64,000 nt of DNA from positions 1 through 64,000 of the IMG/VR virus record IMGVR_UViG_3300002835_000134. The stretch is one strand, 5' to 3'. Every line of letters starts with the position of its first letter. The first letter of the stretch is position 1. Shown in pieces: positions 46,001 through 56,326 of this stretch. Source of the stretch: a virus. Under the pieces are notes generated by a model, which did no database searches, had not been told where the DNA came from, and saw nothing but the letters and a program-made list of their open reading frames with translations. The translations under genes were made by a program, and so were the position numbers.

Positions 46001-49000
46001 AGAAGTTGCACAAAAGAATATGCCTTTGATGTACGAGCTAAATGGTGGCCCAGGAAACACATCTGGAAGCGGAATGCATCTTCGTGGCGGATCAATTGCA
46101 TCTATAATTCGTGGAGTTACGCAAAGAGGAAGACACTATAAAGCAAAAGCATTGCTAGATGATGCTGGAATTCCTATTAACAAATTACAAAACTCTGTTT
46201 ATCCATTCTCACACTCACTTAATTTAAAAATAAGAGGTGGCGGAACAGCGTCAGCAAGAGAGTTTATAGACGTATTTGAATCACCAGACTCACTTAGATT
46301 AGCTAATGTTGTTTTAGATAGAAGTGGCTTAAAGCCAATAACTTCAATACAGCATCAAGCTATTAGAAAATATTTAAATGATCCTACCAAGGTAGATCCA
46401 TCTAAAGAATTAACAGAAGCTGGTTTTGGTTCTGAGTTAACAAAAGCATACCTATCTGCTGGAGTTAGCAAAGATCAGATAAGTGCAATTGCAGCAAAGC
46501 ATACAATGAGATTTGCTTTCCCAGGCACTGGAACAATTGTTGAAAGAAGAGACGCTTTGATTAAAAAGCTTCAAGATAAATATCCAGATGCCTCATTCTC
46601 GATAGATAAAAGATCAAATAATAATATAGTTGTAAAAATACCAGGACAAAAAGCATTTAAAATTGAGCATGAAGCTACAAGATCTATACACGGTGCAACT
46701 GGAGGAGTGTCTTATGAAACATTAAGACAGGATATTCCAGCAGGCGCTACTGCAGATGGAAAACTTGCATATGGGCATATTCCGTTAGACGAAACATTGT
46801 TAAATGCAGGAGGAATGGTACCTGGGAAATTTGCAAAAAGACTATTTGGCGGAGGAAGATTATTCCTTGGAATGCCTAAAACACTTAAGCAGGTAGAAGC
46901 CCAAAGAGCTCAAAAGGCTGCAATGGAAAAAGCAAGCGCTGCAGTAAATAATTCTAGATTTGCAAAAAAGCCTATTACACAATATGGAGATTTGTTAGAG
47001 CCAACTTCAGGTAGAAGCTTCCCAGTTCAAGGCATAGGAGGAGTTTATTCAAAGAACGGAGATAAGGTTTTTGTAAAGCCTGTCTTAGATGAAAAGGCTG
47101 CATTGGCTGAAATGAGAGCTACTCAAATTGCTCGTGAAGTACATGGATTAAATGCTCCAAACCAAAAAATTGTAGTTATGAGAGACCCTTCAGATCCAAC
47201 AGGCAAGCGTAAACTTCTTGCACTTGAATCAAAGTATGACGAAGCATTTGCAAAGCAAGATGGTAAATTTGACGAAGACCAATATTTTAGACAGCTAACA
47301 GCTTCAGCATTACGTGGAGACAAAGACCTAGGAAGAGGAAATCTATCAGGTAATGTTCTAGCGGATGTAGGTACAGCTGGAGTTTTTGCAACCGCCTCTG
47401 GTGTTAGAGATTACTCTGCAACAATGCCATCATTTAAAGATCAAGCTGTAATTAATTTGTTGGGTAAAAAAGGAAGCTCTGCAAAAAGATTCTTTGCAGA
47501 ATCTACATTGGATATACCAAAGGGAATGACTGCAGAACAGTATAATGATCGCATGCTTAAAGAGATCAACGATGCTTTGCCTAAGCTCAAGCAAACTGTT
47601 GCAACTTTCCCTGATTTAACTGCAGAAGAAAGAATTATATATCATGCAATGATTAAAAGACTTTCTGATGCAAGAAAGCCAAATGCAAATTATGCAGATC
47701 TACATGGCATACATTCTGCAGTACAAATATCTGAGCCAAAATCACTCACTCCTGCAGCAATTGCTAAAATGATTGCAGCAGATGAATTAAAGCGCAGACA
47801 GTCTGGACATTCAGTAAGCTTATCAGACGCTAGCTTTAAAACAGCTAGTAACGGATTTGCAATTGGTGGATTAATCGGCAATGTGCTTAAGGGCAGGGCA
47901 ATGCATAGAATTGGTGCAGGCTTTGGACCAACAGGGGCACCTAAGCCAAGCATGTATGAGTCAGCTCCCTGGGGAGTAAATTCATTATCTATTGAAATGG
48001 CTGACAAACTATTTGCAAATACAGGGCTAAGAAAGCACACTCAAAAATTATTTTACGATAAGTTTGCAGCAGCATTAGCAAAAGAAAAACCTTACGGATA
48101 TGTAAAAATGCCAGATGGTACATTAAAGAACGGACTTGAGCCAGACGTATTAGATTCCGTTATAAGATCAGCAGCATCAGATTTAATCGGGGATAGAAAT
48201 GTATTAAAGCAATTATCTCCAATTGATAAAGACATCTTAAGGCAAAAGTATCTGAACTGGGATTCTAAAAAAGATACTCCACTTACAGATTCTTTAAAGA
48301 AAATAATATTTAGTTTAGAGGGCAGAGAAAAGGGAGGACCAGTAAATGCTGGACAAGCATATGTAGTTGGAGAAAAAGGACCTGAGCTATTTGTTCCTAG
48401 AAATTCAGGCGGAATTGTTCCTAATAAAGCTACAATGGCACAAGGATATAACACAGGTGGATTCATTAAGATGATGCTTATGCAGATGCTTGGTTATCAG
48501 GGCGGAATGACTTTAGGAAAGATGAGCGGAATTCCTGGCGGAGATATTATTGGTGGAATGTTAGGTGGTATGCTAGGCATGGGCTCAATGGGTGGCGGAG
48601 GAAAACAAACTCCTATGACATCAAAGAGTAAATGGACAGCTCCTATGGGTGCAACAACCCCAGGAGCAAAAGTTCCATTTGCAGATGGACTTAAAGAGAC
48701 AAAGAATTTAACTGCATACGGAACCAGACTAGAAGCACTTTCTAATAGCACAAATAAGTTTGCCAAGTTTGGAGGCTTTGCACTCAAAGCTGTAACTAGA
48801 TTAAACCTTGCAGTAGGACTTGGTGCAACAGCAATATATCTTGCAAATAAAAGATGGCAAGATCATAGAGAGCATCTTAGAATTGGCGCACTTCAATATG
48901 GCCTAACAGAAGAAGCTGCTAAAAAAGCAGGCCTTAAATTTACTGACTATAGCTCAAAGCTTGCAGATACAGCGGCAAACATAAAAGCATTAAGAGAAAA

Positions 49001-51125
49001 GAATCAACTTCTTTATGAGAGCATGCAACTTGCTGGAACCCCAATAAAGCTTACAATCGAAGAATACAAAAAATTGAGAGCAGAAGTTAAATCTTCCTAT
49101 GCAGATCAAATTAAATTAATTAATCAGACTAAGGGTGACGGAAATACAAAGAAGCTTGCAATGGACCTAAAGGTTCAATTAATGGCTGCGGGAATGTCTG
49201 CAGAAGAGGCAACTAAGAAAATTTGGGCAATGTTTAAAATGTCTGAAAAAGCTAAAGATGCTGGAGCGTTTACATTAGGAAACGCAGGATTTAATAAAAT
49301 TGAAACAAAGCAAGACGCTGCAGCAAATGCAGTAGCAAGATATAGAACGGCAGCAGCGGAAGGCGGAGTAGAAGGAGCTAACCAGGTAAACACTGGACTA
49401 ACAGCAATTGATACAGGAATACAAGACTTAATTGATAAGAGCAAGGCGGAAAATAAAAAAGATAAAAGCAAGCCAATACTAACTCAATACGAAGCTCAAG
49501 AAAAATTAATGAAGAGGCTTAATGCCCTAGAGTCTTCAAAGATTAAGCTTACTGCAGCAACTAGAGCGGAAATGATTAAGCAAAACCCTGCTCTTGAAAA
49601 GGTACTCAATCCAGCAGACACACTTGTAAGCTTGTTTGAAAAAATGAATCTCGCATCTAAAGGATTCACTGGCAACCTTTCAGAGCTTGGCTCTGAGGCT
49701 GTATCGGCTTTATCTAGAGTTGCAGATGTTGCTGCTGCAACAATTGAATCACAGAATAAAAATGGAGCATTAAAAACACAGTATGCCGAGCTAGGAAGAC
49801 TGGAAAGTCGATATAAATCATTGGCTCAAGCGGCTAAGGGACAATCTGTTGCACAGCAAATAAGCACAAGAGATCAGTTAAAGGGATTGCAAAAGCAAAT
49901 TGATGCAAACAATAAGCTTGCAGACTCAAGACTAAAAGCACTTGATGCTGCAAAACAAGAAGGCGACCTAGCAAATGAAATTGCTAAAAAGAAAATTGAG
50001 TACGACTCTGCAATAGCAAGAGGAGATACAGCTACCGCTCAACAAGCAGGTCTAGATGTAAAGCAGCTTGAGTCAACAATGCAATACAACTCACAGAAAA
50101 AATCAATTGAAGATTCTAGAGATAGAATTAATGCAAAAATTCAACTTAAGATTGATGGAATTAACGATGCACAAGAAAAGCTGGGAGACAAAGCCAACCT
50201 AGCTGGAGAACAGCTTACAAAGCTTGCAACTACAATTGAAACAAAGAGACAAAAAATTGAAGACTATAATAAAGCAATGCTAACTCTTACACTAAATGCA
50301 CTTGCGCTAAACAAAACAGTTGATCAATATATTAAAGATACAAAAGCTGGAAAGGGCGATGCAGCAAGTCTTCTAACAACTGGCAAAGCAGTTGGCGCTT
50401 ACAAGGGAGATCTTAAGGGAATAGATGTCGGAGCAGAAGCAAAGAAGCTAATGGGCGAAACCTCATCTGGAATTGCGGCAGCATTATCTTCAAAGGGAAT
50501 CGACATGAAGGGTGGAGACATTCTTATTAACAACAAGAAGGTTGATTTTAAGAATGAATCAAAAAATACAGAATTTAAAGCATCTGTGTCACACCCAGGA
50601 GTACAATCTAAAACTTTTGGCAAGGGTCCTAAAGCCAAAACAATAATGACAGTAGACTCAATGTCATTACACGCACAAGGTATTGATGCTTCAATAGGAA
50701 GTGTATTTACACAAGGAACTCAAAAATACAAGATTACTGGGGTAGATAACGCCTACCTTAGAACCATGAGAGTAGAAAAAGCTGGTTACGGAACAACAAA
50801 GCTTAATCCAAATATTCCTACAATCGTAGGAGATCGTGGCCCAGAAATGGCGTTTGGCGGAATGGTTATTCCTAACATGTCTAAGATTCCATTTGCTTCC
50901 CCAAGATACGATGTAAACCAAGCTGCAAAGATGTTTGAGCCAATGCAGCAAAGCAACAAAGCTGGTGTAATTAATCTTACTCAAAACATATACCCATCTG
51001 AAGGAATGAATACAGATGCATTTGTTAGACAAGTTGTTTCAATGACAAAGCAAGCTATTGGACAAGATAGTAAACTAAATGCTAAAATGGTAGGAAACCC
51101 AATGAATGTGAGTATTAAAACATGA
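43095..51125 (+). CDS. tape measure protein (2676 aa) with internal accessory domains
   Basis: TP901-like core, FADGG motifs, VVGEKGPELF; follows chaperones. Confidence 0.93.
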   Translation: MADNNLTTFITANADFTSLRTQLAAVTAQLVKLQETTAGTNAKLANQIAVMNKSFATTLTSTGQFSQHFVSLTSDVDKFGRNLDRGRLKLNEYYNAWSGHTKKTSNLVRELAKQQVMLQQAIVQPVGKNAQGLMQYNVMVAKGLDEVKNKMAIATQQAAIMNKVMLDGSTGLINWGKNTQWAGRQLTVGLTVPLIAFGAAAQKAFKEADQELVRLTKVYGGLAATSSADLAQVRKDISATAKEIASSYGVAYKETIALAADLAATGQQGNDLIAATQQTTRLAVLGEVDRQEAMKATLAIQNAFKQSTDELTASIDFLNAVENQTSTSLADLTEAIPKAGPVVKSLGGDVKDLALYLTAMKEGGVNASEGANAIKSAMASLINPTKVATEQFMGFGIDLKGIVNDNAGNLTETIMDLQSALDQLNPLDKSRAIEQLFGKFQYARMSALFENLGKSGSQTLQVMDLMKASAVELAGISERELKMITESASGQFKRAWAAVQADLATVGEQFLRISTKVLKVVDAIINFFKALPGPVKTFLNALGGITAIAGPLIMMAGVMGNFIGYVVKGIFHLRQLAKGGQGFRLLTPEIIAADAAAKGLATSFYSDSEATIVLKNAVDTLAASFTGLETRANAAKVAVQPAISTVAGSVLAAGGVGQRIVDKSNPLIGEPYSRDMSHMIPAQTNQPGTIFGTVPGAAPVNIRIGKNPQAYMNADMPKIPGVTSVNGISTGVVAAEAAKWHAMTAAIAMQSEAEIKLLKTEVMATGTVTSSLSDSYQALLPQFSEITQLAAAETQAIVQQLQASKITVEQARAKVIQLNATVEAMLAETTALTAQSMGRTANLTTVPFTSQPVVDPATGKSNMKEMFHKGSTKNLVDKIARALGGVRTSGAGYNIQTTKPKFADGGIVPGTGNTDTYHTTAEAGSFVINKKSTQENMPIISSLLGGTPKFADGGQVPVVLTPGEAVIPAEVAQKNMPLMYELNGGPGNTSGSGMHLRGGSIASIIRGVTQRGRHYKAKALLDDAGIPINKLQNSVYPFSHSLNLKIRGGGTASAREFIDVFESPDSLRLANVVLDRSGLKPITSIQHQAIRKYLNDPTKVDPSKELTEAGFGSELTKAYLSAGVSKDQISAIAAKHTMRFAFPGTGTIVERRDALIKKLQDKYPDASFSIDKRSNNNIVVKIPGQKAFKIEHEATRSIHGATGGVSYETLRQDIPAGATADGKLAYGHIPLDETLLNAGGMVPGKFAKRLFGGGRLFLGMPKTLKQVEAQRAQKAAMEKASAAVNNSRFAKKPITQYGDLLEPTSGRSFPVQGIGGVYSKNGDKVFVKPVLDEKAALAEMRATQIAREVHGLNAPNQKIVVMRDPSDPTGKRKLLALESKYDEAFAKQDGKFDEDQYFRQLTASALRGDKDLGRGNLSGNVLADVGTAGVFATASGVRDYSATMPSFKDQAVINLLGKKGSSAKRFFAESTLDIPKGMTAEQYNDRMLKEINDALPKLKQTVATFPDLTAEERIIYHAMIKRLSDARKPNANYADLHGIHSAVQISEPKSLTPAAIAKMIAADELKRRQSGHSVSLSDASFKTASNGFAIGGLIGNVLKGRAMHRIGAGFGPTGAPKPSMYESAPWGVNSLSIEMADKLFANTGLRKHTQKLFYDKFAAALAKEKPYGYVKMPDGTLKNGLEPDVLDSVIRSAASDLIGDRNVLKQLSPIDKDILRQKYLNWDSKKDTPLTDSLKKIIFSLEGREKGGPVNAGQAYVVGEKGPELFVPRNSGGIVPNKATMAQGYNTGGFIKMMLMQMLGYQGGMTLGKMSGIPGGDIIGGMLGGMLGMGSMGGGGKQTPMTSKSKWTAPMGATTPGAKVPFADGLKETKNLTAYGTRLEALSNSTNKFAKFGGFALKAVTRLNLAVGLGATAIYLANKRWQDHREHLRIGALQYGLTEEAAKKAGLKFTDYSSKLADTAANIKALREKNQLLYESMQLAGTPIKLTIEEYKKLRAEVKSSYADQIKLINQTKGDGNTKKLAMDLKVQLMAAGMSAEEATKKIWAMFKMSEKAKDAGAFTLGNAGFNKIETKQDAAANAVARYRTAAAEGGVEGANQVNTGLTAIDTGIQDLIDKSKAENKKDKSKPILTQYEAQEKLMKRLNALESSKIKLTAATRAEMIKQNPALEKVLNPADTLVSLFEKMNLASKGFTGNLSELGSEAVSALSRVADVAAATIESQNKNGALKTQYAELGRLESRYKSLAQAAKGQSVAQQISTRDQLKGLQKQIDANNKLADSRLKALDAAKQEGDLANEIAKKKIEYDSAIARGDTATAQQAGLDVKQLESTMQYNSQKKSIEDSRDRINAKIQLKIDGINDAQEKLGDKANLAGEQLTKLATTIETKRQKIEDYNKAMLTLTLNALALNKTVDQYIKDTKAGKGDAASLLTTGKAVGAYKGDLKGIDVGAEAKKLMGETSSGIAAALSSKGIDMKGGDILINNKKVDFKNESKNTEFKASVSHPGVQSKTFGKGPKAKTIMTVDSMSLHAQGIDASIGSVFTQGTQKYKITGVDNAYLRTMRVEKAGYGTTKLNPNIPTIVGDRGPEMAFGGMVIPNMSKIPFASPRYDVNQAAKMFEPMQQSNKAGVINLTQNIYPSEGMNTDAFVRQVVSMTKQAIGQDSKLNAKMVGNPMNVSIKT

Positions 51126-51583
51126 CAATGACTTTGCCAGTAGGATCAGTTCTATACCTTGATACCTCTTTAACAGATACCCCAACTTGGGTTAAGCTTT
51201 CAGAACATAATAGGTCACCAATTTCAATTGATACTGAGAGGATTGAAAAGACTCAAAGAATGTCTGGCGGGACACTTAGAAAAGTATGGATTGCTGATAA
51301 GAAAACTATAAATACTAGTTGGAGCATGCTGCCAACAAATGACGCCATGACTGTTGATGGCGGATATGGAGCGGCTTCTATTAGAGCGTTTTATCATGGA
51401 GACAAGGGAAAGAATACATTTAAGGTAAAGATATCATACAATGGAGTTGCGGCTAGAGACGAGATACTATTAATGTCATTTACATCATGTTCATTTACCG
51501 TGGTTAAGAGAAATGTAAAAGAAAAGACTGCTGATTCTCCACAAGAATTTTGGGATGTTTCTATAGGCCTGGAAGAAGTATAA
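51122..51583 (+). CDS. distal tail protein-like
   Basis: RM..GTLR, directly after TMP. Confidence 0.65.
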   Translation: MTMTLPVGSVLYLDTSLTDTPTWVKLSEHNRSPISIDTERIEKTQRMSGGTLRKVWIADKKTINTSWSMLPTNDAMTVDGGYGAASIRAFYHGDKGKNTFKVKISYNGVAARDEILLMSFTSCSFTVVKRNVKEKTADSPQEFWDVSIGLEEV

Positions 51584-54500
51584 TGTTAACAGCAGCACCT
51601 GAAACAATAACTACTCTAAATCAATCTCAATCAATATCTATGCAAAATGGATGCTGGGTTGAATATAATATGAATGCATTGATTGATGGGGCAAAGATTG
51701 ATGATCCAAACGGTGTACTCACTGTAACAAAAACAGACCAAACATCAGGATACACATACAAGCCATTTGAAAAGCTATTCCCAGTATCATCAATTCTTGA
51801 TCCAAGAAGACCAAAATTTGCGGGAATTAAATATTTAATCCTAGATGACCCAAGCACAGCAAAAGATAAAGCTTCAGGAGTTATAGGTAAGTATAATACT
51901 GCAGCAAATTTTCCAGCTAGATTATATTTCTCTGGCTCTAAAATGGTTTATAAATACTGGGTAACTCCACAAGCAGCAGCGGGATCAACATCATTATCTA
52001 ATTGCGTATTGACTGCAGTATACCCAGCAGGCAAAACTGCAGTTACAAATAAGATAGTAGTTAAATTTGAAACGTCACACTCAAAACCAGTTAATTGGTC
52101 TCTTAAATTAATAGGACTTACTGGGACTGAAGTTCCCGTGGTATCGAACATTACAGTCACAGATGACATGAAGGGCGTAGTAAACCTATACTGGAACGGA
52201 ACAGCATGGACAACAACAGAATTTACAACTCCCTCTGCAGGAGTTGATTTAAGCGGACTTAAACTAGAAATATCTTCATTAGATACAGCAGGCGGGTTTG
52301 TGGGAGTAATAGAGCTATCACCTAGATATGTAGTAGATATCACAAGCAGATTAGTTTCAATGACTATAAACAAGTCTTCATCAGACGACGTATCTGGAAT
52401 AATTCCAGTAGGAGATGTCACATCCAACTCTATATTCTTAGATATAAATGGATACGACAGAGCATACGAATCTTATGACAAAAGCGTAGCATTTAATAAA
52501 AACAAATTTAATTTATACAAAGACGTAATAATCAAGCCATTTGTAAAAATTGGATCAGACAAGATTAGTCTAGGCGTGTTTTACACAGAATCATTTTCAG
52601 TAAGCGAGTTTGGAGATATCAGCCTAACAGGTCTTGATGGAGCCAAAGAGCTACAGTACATTAAGCCACCAGATATTGTTTGCAACGATATGACATCGGT
52701 TGCTATTATAAGAAGGCTGCTAGATTCAGTTGGGTTTACTAATTATAACTTTAACCTTACGACTACAGATACAACTGTTATAACACCATATCACTGGTAT
52801 ACAGATAATAGCAAGACGGTATGGCAACACATACAAGATCTTTGTAAAGACACACAGATGATAGCAACGTTTGACGAATTTGATGTTTTACAATTTTACC
52901 CAAGAGACTATATATTTAAAGCAGACAAGCAAACTAGCTTTAAACTAAGAGACAGAAATATAGGATCTAATCTTGCAAATATTTCTTCTATTTCAATTGA
53001 AAATGTTCCATCAGTTAAAGCCGTTAAGATAGTTTACACACCTCAGCTTGTAAGTTCATACAGAGGAACAGGAGAAAATTTATATGATGCCCCAGTCATA
53101 ACACTAGGAGCATCTGCTATAGTAAATAACATTCTGCCAACACAGCCGTCTTATACAAACAACTCAGGAGAGGTTGCAAGCAAGGGAATAGTCTCTTGTG
53201 AACCAGTAGTAATTTCTGGACTAGGTTCAGCTCAATATACATTTAGCGGGTATCTTGTTATAGAAAAAGAAATAATAGAATATGATGCCATAGAATACAG
53301 CTACACAGAGATAGGCACTGGAACTACAAAGTATAAGTGGATAGCAACAGATTCCGATGTTGCTAAATTTCAGGGGCTTGCTACTCCATCATCATTTAAA
53401 CCAACTAACAATTATAGAATTAAAACAAGAAATGCATTCGGTGTACTTGGTCCAGTAACCGCTTCTTATACACAAGCAGCAATGGATAAAGACATGACAC
53501 ACCTTTTAGGAAACTCCGATGACGGCTGGACACAAAAAGAATGGAACTCGGAGACTGGAGTGTTTACAGATAGTCCAGGATCAATGTTAACCACAAGCAT
53601 TCCTCAATATGATCCAAAAGGCTCAGATGGGCAAAGACTTTTATATAATGGTGTTTCTAGATCTATGGCTACAATATTTGCTAAAGACGTTAAGTACGTG
53701 CCAAGCCCTGATCCAGCAAAACCAACTGATGACAAATACATTCCAAATAAAATATATAAAATTGCAACAGCTGAAGCTCAGTATAACTCTAGCCCTGATA
53801 AAGCATTTGTAATTGGCGCCAATATGTATTTTCCATTAATGGTAGATAAAGATACAAAGAAGCAAACGGGCAACCAGATGACAATTGCTGGAATTGCATT
53901 TTCATTAAGCGCAGATAATAAAAGCGGCTACCTACTGTCTATTGGAACTTCTCAGAATAACAACGGAGATAAGACATACAGAGATGTTAATTTCTATAAG
54001 ATAGTTGCTGGCAAGCCTGTGGCCATGATAACAAGCCAAAAAGACGCAGACGGAACTATTATAACAAACATAAATGGCGGAGATTTATATAAGGTTGAAA
54101 TTAAAGCAATGACTATTATGAATGGCTCTACAGAAAATAGAGTATTTAAAATTTCATTAAATGGAAAGATAATAGGAGTTACAGATTCTTCACCACTTAC
54201 CCTTACAAATAAAATAGGAATAGCCTCACTACAGGGAACAACATCATTCGATTATGTTTACACAGCAAGCCTTACAAAAGAAGAATTTGGAGCCACTACT
54301 TCATTTGATGCTTATGCAGGATTTCTTTCAACCAACTCGTCCATGGTAAAATCATTTAGCGATTTTATATTTAATAAGAGTGATAAGCCAAAGACAGATG
54401 TATGGCTAAGGGAGTTCGGTCCAGTCGCCCGTGAGCTAAGAAGAATAACTGGAAGATACACAAACTCTCCAGGCTATCCCCTATATCCAGTAATAGTTCA

Positions 54501-54999
54501 AAACAATGACGTAACCCTAGTAGGATCTTCCCTTGACCCATTTACAATGGATGTATTTGTTATGAATAATACTGGAACGTTTACCGACCTTGCCAATGGC
54601 CAGCAAAAATCATTTGTTATTGTGGGTAATCAAATAACCCCATCAGACTCATTTGAATACATTGACCCTAAGCTTACCGATGCAGATAGGGCGGAAGAAA
54701 TTGCATTTGATTCCCTATGGATACAAAAAGAAACAGAGGCAGCCAAGCTATCTGAATGGATTACAAAACAATGGGCTAAGCAACAAAGGGTTGTCAGCAT
54801 AGAGACATTTATTAATCCTTTAATACAGATAGGCGATGTAGTTGAAATATCATATCCTAAAAACCAGCTTTATTCCTCAGAAGACGTAAACCCCCCATAC
54901 CCAGTAGGGAAATATGTTGTTCTCACAGTAGAAAATAGCTATGACGACCAAAGCGCACCTGTTACAAATTTAATGTGCAGATCGATTTATACTGGATGA
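51583..54999 (+). CDS. tail hub/minor tail protein
   Basis: Track ORF 51550..54999, likely ATG 51583; NPLIQIGDVVEI C-terminus. Confidence 0.75.
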   Translation: MLTAAPETITTLNQSQSISMQNGCWVEYNMNALIDGAKIDDPNGVLTVTKTDQTSGYTYKPFEKLFPVSSILDPRRPKFAGIKYLILDDPSTAKDKASGVIGKYNTAANFPARLYFSGSKMVYKYWVTPQAAAGSTSLSNCVLTAVYPAGKTAVTNKIVVKFETSHSKPVNWSLKLIGLTGTEVPVVSNITVTDDMKGVVNLYWNGTAWTTTEFTTPSAGVDLSGLKLEISSLDTAGGFVGVIELSPRYVVDITSRLVSMTINKSSSDDVSGIIPVGDVTSNSIFLDINGYDRAYESYDKSVAFNKNKFNLYKDVIIKPFVKIGSDKISLGVFYTESFSVSEFGDISLTGLDGAKELQYIKPPDIVCNDMTSVAIIRRLLDSVGFTNYNFNLTTTDTTVITPYHWYTDNSKTVWQHIQDLCKDTQMIATFDEFDVLQFYPRDYIFKADKQTSFKLRDRNIGSNLANISSISIENVPSVKAVKIVYTPQLVSSYRGTGENLYDAPVITLGASAIVNNILPTQPSYTNNSGEVASKGIVSCEPVVISGLGSAQYTFSGYLVIEKEIIEYDAIEYSYTEIGTGTTKYKWIATDSDVAKFQGLATPSSFKPTNNYRIKTRNAFGVLGPVTASYTQAAMDKDMTHLLGNSDDGWTQKEWNSETGVFTDSPGSMLTTSIPQYDPKGSDGQRLLYNGVSRSMATIFAKDVKYVPSPDPAKPTDDKYIPNKIYKIATAEAQYNSSPDKAFVIGANMYFPLMVDKDTKKQTGNQMTIAGIAFSLSADNKSGYLLSIGTSQNNNGDKTYRDVNFYKIVAGKPVAMITSQKDADGTIITNINGGDLYKVEIKAMTIMNGSTENRVFKISLNGKIIGVTDSSPLTLTNKIGIASLQGTTSFDYVYTASLTKEEFGATTSFDAYAGFLSTNSSMVKSFSDFIFNKSDKPKTDVWLREFGPVARELRRITGRYTNSPGYPLYPVIVQNNDVTLVGSSLDPFTMDVFVMNNTGTFTDLANGQQKSFVIVGNQITPSDSFEYIDPKLTDADRAEEIAFDSLWIQKETEAAKLSEWITKQWAKQQRVVSIETFINPLIQIGDVVEISYPKNQLYSSEDVNPPYPVGKYVVLTVENSYDDQSAPVTNLMCRSIYTG

Positions 55000-55016
55000 A
55001 ATGGTAGAATGTTAAT

Positions 55017-55379
55017 ATGAGCAACCAAAAACAACAGGCAGCTAAATCACCTAAAGCCAAGAAGTTATTATTATTTCCAGGAGATAAGCTTATAGAGGTC
55101 CTTAACCCAGACCTGTATCTAATTGTAGATCCGTCTACTTTAACTCAAGCAGAGATTCAAGGAATCCAAGATGATATAGAAGACTTCTTGGATGATGTTG
55201 AGGAAGAAATTGAAGATGACCCACTTGCTGGTCTTGGTGCTCCAAACCTAGAGGATATAACTTTAATAAGTAAAACGCTTGTAACAGATGGAAATAAAAA
55301 TCAATACGTAGAATTTAAATTTAATGTAAAAAATCATGTCGGAGCAGAAGTAGTAGGAGTAAATGGATATGGACAATAA
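55017..55379 (+). CDS. hypothetical tail-region protein
   Basis: Track ORF, leaderless. Confidence 0.65.
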   Translation: MSNQKQQAAKSPKAKKLLLFPGDKLIEVLNPDLYLIVDPSTLTQAEIQGIQDDIEDFLDDVEEEIEDDPLAGLGAPNLEDITLISKTLVTDGNKNQYVEFKFNVKNHVGAEVVGVNGYGQ

Positions 55380-56325
55380 ATTGTTGTTACAAGGAGAGTA
55401 CCGCTTTTATGAAGACGGGAAAGAAATTTATAGATCTAAAAACATTCTCACCAAGTTTGGTAAGAGATATATAACCCAGTACCTGGCGGGGCAAGCAACA
55501 ACAAACAATAAAGACATAGCTGTTGGAATAGGCTCAACCGTTGCATCAGAAAACAATACAGGATTAGATTTTGAATTTTATAGATCGCAGGTAAATATTT
55601 CAAGTGTTGATATACAGACAAGCACAACATCAGGATTAAGCACCTATGGGGTTGTTTACAAAACAACCCTACCAGTAGATGTTTCTGGAATTGTTTCTGA
55701 AATTGGTTTATTCCCAAGTGTCACACTTGGGTCAACAGACTATGCAAGCAAATCTATATCAACATTTTCAGATTATCAGCAATGGACAAATGATGACGGA
55801 TCCTATTCAACAGCAGTTACTTCTCCAACTCCAAGAATTGGAGCAAATCATTTATCATTAACAGCAGCAGCTTCAAATAGTAAACAGTATTCATCCAGCA
55901 TAGATATAGACATAAATGGGTATAGTCCAAATGACAGTCTTACACTTGCATATGTTCAAAGCGATTTAAATCTAGACTATGTATTTGTTAGATTCTATAG
56001 CTCTTCTACTAATTATTATGAAATCAGATATGCTGGAGACCCAGCAATTGGAAGCAAGATTAAACAATTAACTTTAAACAACCTGTACTCAAGTGGGTTT
56101 GGCGCTGGAACTCCAGACAAATCTTCAATAATTAAAGTATCGGTTGGAGCAAAAGCAAAATCTTCAGGCTCAACAAATGTATTATTTGATGGGCTTAGAA
56201 TTAATGATGAAGATTCATTTAGATCAGATTATGGTCTTATTAGCAGATCTGTTCTTACAGACCCAATAAGAAAATCAATCGGAAGACAGATGGATATAGA
56301 ATACAGATTAGGGTTAAACTTCTAA
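55363..56325 (+). CDS. minor tail/baseplate protein
   Basis: N.LT..G, IAVG.G, EIGLF, IEYRL pattern. Confidence 0.65.
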   Translation: MDMDNKLLLQGEYRFYEDGKEIYRSKNILTKFGKRYITQYLAGQATTNNKDIAVGIGSTVASENNTGLDFEFYRSQVNISSVDIQTSTTSGLSTYGVVYKTTLPVDVSGIVSEIGLFPSVTLGSTDYASKSISTFSDYQQWTNDDGSYSTAVTSPTPRIGANHLSLTAAASNSKQYSSSIDIDINGYSPNDSLTLAYVQSDLNLDYVFVRFYSSSTNYYEIRYAGDPAIGSKIKQLTLNNLYSSGFGAGTPDKSSIIKVSVGAKAKSSGSTNVLFDGLRINDEDSFRSDYGLISRSVLTDPIRKSIGRQMDIEYRLGLNF

Positions 56326-56326
56326 A

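Noticed and set aside
44159-51032. Minus-strand ORFs inside the tape measure gene (and similar ones inside nrdJ, capsid and tail genes)
   Set aside because: No RBS or motifs; explained by sense-strand codon bias.
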